Positions 15,292-20,000 of a stretch of 20,000 nt of DNA are shown piece by piece. The stretch is from IMG/VR virus record IMGVR_UViG_3300035093_000027; one strand, written 5' to 3'. The stretch is from an uncultured virus (IMG/VR IMGVR_UViG_3300035093_000027). Taxonomy: Duplodnaviria > Heunggongvirae > Uroviricota > Caudoviricetes. The notes under the pieces were generated by a model that was not told the DNA's origin, searched no databases, and worked only from the letters and a program-made list of their open reading frames with translations. Each line of letters starts with the position of its first letter. Within the stretch, counting starts at the first letter, position 1. Both the position numbers and the translations under genes were made by a program.

Positions 15292-17807
15292 AGCCCGAGA
15301 CGATCACGCTCGGTCGTCTCGACGGCGAAGTGCGGCAGATGCTCGCGCGCGGCGGGATCGACCCGCGGCACGCGACGGTCGTGCTGCACACGCCACTCGA
15401 GCGCGAGCACGCCAAGAACCGACGGCGCTACGCGCAGTGCGTCCCCGACGAGCTCCACTTCGAGTTCGCAACCGCGATCCTGTCGCTCGCCGCCGAGCAC
15501 CGTACCGGCATCGTCGCCCACGAGGTGGGTCACTGCATCGCGTGGCGCGAGCAGGGCAACCATGGCGAGGACGATGCCGACGAGGCCTCCGAGCGCGTGC
15601 TCGGGATCCCGATCTGCTACGACCTCGACTGGCCGGGCAAGGGGCTGCAGTGCCTCTGCCAGATCGAGACGATCCGCGCCCTGAACCCGCGGCGCAATCC
15701 GAGCAAGCGCGGCTGGCCCACCCACGGCACGCCACCGAAGGATCCGAGCCGGTACGTGCGGCACTCCGATCTCCAGGCAGCCTACCGCGCCCAGTACTTC
15801 GACAAGGACGGAAACAAGCTCGCGAGCAGCCGCACGAAGAAGGCCGACTTATCCGGTGCTCTCCCGATGGGGACGTGGAAGATCGACGATCAGTTCCGAG
15901 GCATGTACGGCCACGAGATCGAAGAGCTCGTGCTCGTCGCCGACCCGCGCGTGCTCGAGCCCGGCGAGTTCGACTGGTCGGATCCCACGAAGGCGCTGCG
16001 CTCCGCTGGCAAGCTCGAGGACATGGAGCGCTACGCCGCATGGATGGCCGAAGGCCACTCCTACCCGCCGGTGGAAGTTGTCGAGACCACGCGCGGCACG
16101 TTGCGGATCAGCGACGGCCACCGCCGCGCCGCCGCGGCCGACCACAACGGCATGCCGGTGAAGGCATGGATCTCGTGGCTCACCGATCACCCGGATCCGC
16201 CCGCGGATCGCGACATGAAGGTGGGGCTCACCTACGAACTCGCCACCGGACAGGAGTTTCCAATGCCCAAGGTCGCGAACCCGAAACGTCGCCGCAACGC
16301 ACCCAAGGGCCCGCCGTTCACGCCCGCCGAGGTCGAGGAGATCCGCGAGGACATCGGCACGTGCGTGAGCCAGGTCGCTGACCGGCGCAAGCTGTCGGCG
16401 AAGTACGACGAGGCTGCGGCGAGCGACGACGTTGTGCCGGTGCGCATGAAGCTGACGCGCCGCGGCGCCCAGCAGGCCGACTTGTTCGGCAACCCGTCCA
16501 TGCCCCTGAAGAAGTTCCAGGAGGATGGATGGCCGATGCTCGAGGACATGCACGACACCGGAGAGCCGGTGCCGTGGCCGATCGGAACGGTCGTGTCGCA
16601 TCTCGATCGATCGGGCTACGCCGACGACCAGGTCGTCATCGCGCATCCCACCTTCGTCCAGTACGCTGGCACGCGAGAAATCGGCGTCCGCAACGACTAC
16701 GGCTACAAACTAGTCGACGAGAGCGGTTTCTTCCGCAACGGCTACTCGAGCTACACCAGCCCGGTCGAGGAGGAGTACTGGGACAAGGGGACGCGCGAGT
16801 CGGTCCGCAAGGTCAAGGCGCTCAAGATCAAGGACACGACGCGAGCACGCCCGGCGCATCCGACTGCACGATCGCGCGGTACGTACCAGTGGGCCGCGCA
16901 GGACGTGGACGACGATCGCTTCGTCGAGACGATGGACAACCCGAGCAAGCGCAAGAACCTCGCCGAGCTGCGCTTCGACGGACGGGTCGCGCAGCAGCGG
17001 CTCAACGATCTGCGCTCGGGCGAGGTGAAGATCAAGGACTCCATCGAGGATCGCCGCACCGGCGCGTACATGGCCCTGCTGCCCAAGGGCGCGGCCAACG
17101 ATCCGGAGATCTTCCACATCGATCCTGACGGCTTCGTCTACGTGATCGGCTACCGCAGCAACCGCGAAGCACAGGACGACTGGGACGATCTGCGCACTCG
17201 GTTCCCGCGCCTGAACCCGTCGCGTGCACGTGTGCAGAACCCCTGCGGATGCAAGCACGCCAACGCGAGCAGGCCGGACATCGTGTACACGCAGATGCCG
17301 TACGGTCCCGACGACGCGCGGGACTACCAGAGCGATCCGATCGAGGTCAGCAACGAGATCTGTCGTGGCGTGGTCGACCGATGCGTGGGCGTGATCCGCC
17401 TGACCGGCACGCGACGTCCTGGACGAGATACGTCCGTGAAGGTCGGCAAGCCGAAGCGACCCGCGTACAGGGCCGCGTTCTATCAGATCGATCCCGACGT
17501 ACCGCCGCGCGCGCCGTTCACGTACGCATGGGGCACGACCGTGGTCGTGATCGTCGGCGACAGCCTGCTCAACTTCGAGGATGCGCAGCGTGCCGTGGAC
17601 GCATGGCTCGAGGGGCGGACGTTCCAGATCAGCGAAGGTCGTCTCGATCTCAACCCGTACATGGGCGACGCGGTCGAGCAGGCCAAGGATCGCAAGCACC
17701 GCGAGGCGCGCGAGCGCTGGGAGAAATCCGGCCGCAAGGGGCCGCCGCCCATGCGCCAGCGCAACCCCAGGGAGCGCCGGGTGACGAGCAAGATCGGCGC
17801 GCTGTGA
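15288..17807 (+). CDS. Polyprotein-like protein (839 aa): HExxH metallopeptidase-like module, ParB/Sulfiredoxin-like module and further unknown modules
   Basis: IVAHEVGH...EDDAD (HEVGH at 15519-15533); PPVEVV...ISDGHRRAAAA (DGHRR at 16113-16127); nine NP motifs, mostly at module junctions. Confidence 0.8.
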   Translation: MKPETITLGRLDGEVRQMLARGGIDPRHATVVLHTPLEREHAKNRRRYAQCVPDELHFEFATAILSLAAEHRTGIVAHEVGHCIAWREQGNHGEDDADEASERVLGIPICYDLDWPGKGLQCLCQIETIRALNPRRNPSKRGWPTHGTPPKDPSRYVRHSDLQAAYRAQYFDKDGNKLASSRTKKADLSGALPMGTWKIDDQFRGMYGHEIEELVLVADPRVLEPGEFDWSDPTKALRSAGKLEDMERYAAWMAEGHSYPPVEVVETTRGTLRISDGHRRAAAADHNGMPVKAWISWLTDHPDPPADRDMKVGLTYELATGQEFPMPKVANPKRRRNAPKGPPFTPAEVEEIREDIGTCVSQVADRRKLSAKYDEAAASDDVVPVRMKLTRRGAQQADLFGNPSMPLKKFQEDGWPMLEDMHDTGEPVPWPIGTVVSHLDRSGYADDQVVIAHPTFVQYAGTREIGVRNDYGYKLVDESGFFRNGYSSYTSPVEEEYWDKGTRESVRKVKALKIKDTTRARPAHPTARSRGTYQWAAQDVDDDRFVETMDNPSKRKNLAELRFDGRVAQQRLNDLRSGEVKIKDSIEDRRTGAYMALLPKGAANDPEIFHIDPDGFVYVIGYRSNREAQDDWDDLRTRFPRLNPSRARVQNPCGCKHANASRPDIVYTQMPYGPDDARDYQSDPIEVSNEICRGVVDRCVGVIRLTGTRRPGRDTSVKVGKPKRPAYRAAFYQIDPDVPPRAPFTYAWGTTVVVIVGDSLLNFEDAQRAVDAWLEGRTFQISEGRLDLNPYMGDAVEQAKDRKHREARERWEKSGRKGPPPMRQRNPRERRVTSKIGAL

Positions 17808-17821
17808 GCTGGTAGGGTCCC
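17808..17821 (+). promoter_or_regulatory. Conserved intergenic motif GCTGGTAGGGTCCC (extended -10-like TGgTAGGGT), copy 1
   Basis: Exact match to 19513-19526; about 21 bp upstream of ATG 17843. Confidence 0.6.
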
Positions 17822-17842
17822 CGAGACCGGACGGAGTACGAC

Positions 17843-18880
17843 ATGGATCGAATCGGCAAGAAGGACAAGGCGGTCGTCCGCGCGTTCACCGAGGGCCGCG
17901 CGCTCGAGGGGCACAAGCTGCGCACCGACGGCAAGCGACTCGACATCATCGCCTTGGGCGGCAACGGCGTGGCAGTGTGGAAGGGCGACAAGATCCACCT
18001 GCCAGACACGGGTTCTCGCTCCGGACAGTACGTGCAGGGCGTCGTGAAGCGCGAGGCGCCGAAGAACGACCTGGTCAACGGGCGCGGCTACAACCCGAAG
18101 AAGCGCAAGCAGTACCGCGCGATCCGCTGGTACCACGACGACATGAAGCCCGTCGGCGAGTGGCGCAACACCAGAGCCCATGCCCTGAGCGACTACTACG
18201 TCGACTTCGATCCGAACAGCCGCGTGGCGATCTGGGAGATCGAGACCAGCACCGGCGAGCGCCTCGACATCACCGAAGACGAGTACCAGCGGGCGCGCAG
18301 CGGTCACGCGGCGTCTCTGCGCGCCCGCGACGAGCGTGGCGTGTGGGGCAACCCCAAGCGCGTCAAGAACAGCCACAACGAAGATCGCTCGGCTCGTGAG
18401 TTCGCCGCGTGGGTACAGGAGACCAACAACGAAGCGATCGCCGCCGCCGAGAAGGGCGAAGCAGGTGACATCGTCGGGATGCTCGATCACGTGATCTCTT
18501 CAGCGTACGCGCTGGGGCGTGCGTCCGCGGAACGACGCTACGCCGGATCTCAGGCCGATGCGGTGTCCGAAAAGGACTTCCGTTCGCTGGTCAACGGGCG
18601 CAACAAGTGGGCCGACAGCGTGGTCGCCTACATGCGAGAGAACATGGGCGTCGCCGCCAACCCGGCCAAGCCCAAGCGCCGGAATCCTTCCACGAAGGCG
18701 GCGGCATGCACCGTCGGTGCGAGCGCGCACAAGAGCCGCTCCGCCGCCGCGCGTCAGTGCGGCGCGAAGTGGAAGGCGAGCAAGGAGAAGTTCGCGAGCA
18801 CCGGAGGCAAGGCGGCTGCACGCTCGCCGAAGTCTCCGATCGGAAAGCGTGGCAAGCGTCGCCGCGCACGGAGGTCGTGA
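17843..18880 (+). CDS. Three-module protein with NP linkers and a basic Lys/Arg/Ala-rich tail
   Basis: GGAG RBS; linkers GYNPKKRK, WGNPKRVK, AANPAKPKRRNP; TGATG overlap with the next gene. Confidence 0.8.
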   Translation: MDRIGKKDKAVVRAFTEGRALEGHKLRTDGKRLDIIALGGNGVAVWKGDKIHLPDTGSRSGQYVQGVVKREAPKNDLVNGRGYNPKKRKQYRAIRWYHDDMKPVGEWRNTRAHALSDYYVDFDPNSRVAIWEIETSTGERLDITEDEYQRARSGHAASLRARDERGVWGNPKRVKNSHNEDRSAREFAAWVQETNNEAIAAAEKGEAGDIVGMLDHVISSAYALGRASAERRYAGSQADAVSEKDFRSLVNGRNKWADSVVAYMRENMGVAANPAKPKRRNPSTKAAACTVGASAHKSRSAAARQCGAKWKASKEKFASTGGKAAARSPKSPIGKRGKRRRARRS

Positions 18881-19479
18881 TGGGCAAGCGCACGAAGAAC
18901 ACCAAGACGTATCGCGTGCGCGTCGTGAACCCTGCGCCGCCGCCGGGGCAGCGCGCACGCGTGCTTGGCGAGCGTCATCGCAACCCGATGCCGAAGCACG
19001 GCTACAAGAAGACGGTCGGCGACTACCAGGTCCAGTATCTGGAGGACACCGAGACCGAAGATGGTCCGACGTGGGCGGAGATCGTGATCGCGTACACCGG
19101 CAAGATCCCGGTGACACTCAGCTACGTGGATCAAGAGTTGCTCGAGAACGACTGGAAGTACCTGCGCACCAACGACGACGTGGCCGAGCTTCTCGATCAG
19201 AATGGCTACGACGAGTACGGAAACTCGAGTCGCGGCAAACCCAACCCGGCGTTCCGGTACGCGGCTGTGCCGGTGACCGACGCTGGCGCGGACACGGTGT
19301 ACGTCGCCCGCGGCCACCGCCGCGCCGACATGGTCCGGAACGTCGCGCACGAGGTGCCCGGCGACGCGGTCGTGGATCTGCAGCGCACGCGCACGTTCGG
19401 CACCAAACACGAGGCGCAGACGTACGGCAGCACCGTTTCTCCGCGCGTACGGTCCCTGTCCCGGCGCATTGGATCCTGA
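18880..19479 (+). CDS. Hypothetical protein (199 aa) with NP-delimited acidic and basic modules
   Basis: GGAGG RBS and TGATG overlap; VNP, RNP and PNP motifs. Confidence 0.75.
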   Translation: MGKRTKNTKTYRVRVVNPAPPPGQRARVLGERHRNPMPKHGYKKTVGDYQVQYLEDTETEDGPTWAEIVIAYTGKIPVTLSYVDQELLENDWKYLRTNDDVAELLDQNGYDEYGNSSRGKPNPAFRYAAVPVTDAGADTVYVARGHRRADMVRNVAHEVPGDAVVDLQRTRTFGTKHEAQTYGSTVSPRVRSLSRRIGS

Positions 19480-19512
19480 CCAGTTGACAGCCGGTTTCCG
19501 GATGCCTTCGAC

Positions 19513-19526
19513 GCTGGTAGGGTCCC
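19513..19526 (+). promoter_or_regulatory. Conserved intergenic motif GCTGGTAGGGTCCC, copy 2
   Basis: Exact match to 17808-17821; in the intergenic gap upstream of the 19586 gene. Confidence 0.6.
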
Positions 19527-19585
19527 GGCGCAACCTGCCAAATGGCGCCGCGCGGCGCCGACACGAACCAAGGAGCACGCGAAAG

Positions 19586-20000
19586 ATGGCACGCGCGTCA
19601 CAAGAGAACCCGCGCCGGCGCAAGAAGAGCAGCCGGCGTCGTCGGAATCCGGAGGTCGCCGCCAAGGCGACTGCGAACCCCAAGCGTCGTCGACGTCGCA
19701 ACGTCGAGGACAACCCCGAGAGCGAAGAGAACCCGCGTCGTCGTCGGAAGACTCGGCGTCGTCGGAACCCCGACGAGGTCGTGGCGACGAAGAAGGCCGC
19801 TGCCGTGGAGAACCCGCGGAAGCGCCGCAAGCGTCGTCGCAACCCGGACGAGGTCGACACCAAGACCGTCACCGAGAACCCGCGTCGTCGTCGGAAGACT
19901 CGGCGTCGTCGGAACCCCGACGAGGTCGTGGCGACGAAGAAGGCCGCTGCCGTGGAGAACCCGCGGAAGCGCCGCAAGCGTCGTCGCAACCCGGACGAGG
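19586..20000 (+). CDS. Protamine/histone-like Arg-rich NP-repeat protein, 3'-truncated by the window (missing from the ORF track)
   Basis: AAGGAG RBS; my translation: MARASQENPRRRKKSSRRRRNPEVAAKATANPKRRRRRNVEDNPESEENPRRRRKTRRRRNPDEVV...; no stop before 20000; 12 NP motifs. Confidence 0.85.
   Translation, partial: MARASQENPRRRKKSSRRRRNPEVAAKATANPKRRRRRNVEDNPESEENPRRRRKTRRRRNPDEVVATKKAAAVENPRKRRKRRRNPDEVDTKTVTENPRRRRKTRRRRNPDEVVATKKAAAVENPRKRRKRRRNPDE
19727..20000 (+). repeat. Coding tandem repeat, period 147 bp (49 aa)
   Basis: 19727-19853 is identical to 19874-20000 (127 bp); the repeat runs off the window edge. Confidence 0.92.

Larger units (their letters stand above)
1..20000 (+). mobile_element. 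Putative virus/provirus structural and cargo region, probably a tailless virus with an internal membrane; extends beyond both window edges
   Basis: About 26 co-oriented hypothetical genes with ATGA/TGATG coupling, many small TM proteins, a protamine-like repeat protein, a ChaB-like domain, a PG-binding domain, a putative Cys protease and a TA cargo module; no cellular core genes. No hallmark capsid, packaging ATPase or integrase identified in the window, so the call is inferential. Confidence 0.55.

Noticed and set aside
16020..16180. Calling the ParB-like module a parB partition gene
   Set aside because: Only the N-terminal ParB/Srx-like motif is present, embedded in a polyprotein; no HTH, parA or parS seen
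19484..19523. Perfect TTGACA as the -35 partner of TAGGGT
   Set aside because: Spacer is 28 bp, far from 16-18, and no good -10 lies at the canonical distance
5317..19989. Long - strand ORFs (e.g. 5317-6762, 8428-9729, 13554-14999, 17483-18490, 18754-19989)
   Set aside because: Antisense shadows of well-coupled + strand genes, expected in high-GC DNA; no recognisable motifs or operon logic
19727..20000. Direct repeats resembling a CRISPR array or iterons
   Set aside because: Period is 147 bp, in frame within a coding gene, with no unique spacers and no cas genes

Overview
High-GC window of about 26 tightly packed, often translationally coupled + strand genes, interrupted at about 6.6-8.1 kb by a short - strand island carrying an AbrB/MazE-type antitoxin plus Doc toxin and two or three small hypothetical genes. 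No housekeeping, terminase, portal, tail or integrase gene is recognisable. The dominant signal is a recurrent Asn-Pro motif, usually in a basic context (RRNP, KNP, ENP). I count about 78 copies by hand in the + strand proteins and none in the - strand island proteins. The motif ends basic N-terminal leaders of many small membrane proteins, brackets Arg-rich protamine-like peptides, and separates unrelated domains (HExxH peptidase-like, ParB/Srx-like, phage-type modules) in long polyprotein-like ORFs. A transglutaminase/papain-like Cys-His-Asp protein is encoded in the same gene run. Best interpretation (inference): the structural and cargo region of a tailless, probably membrane-containing virus or provirus that uses an NP-directed processing or sorting code.
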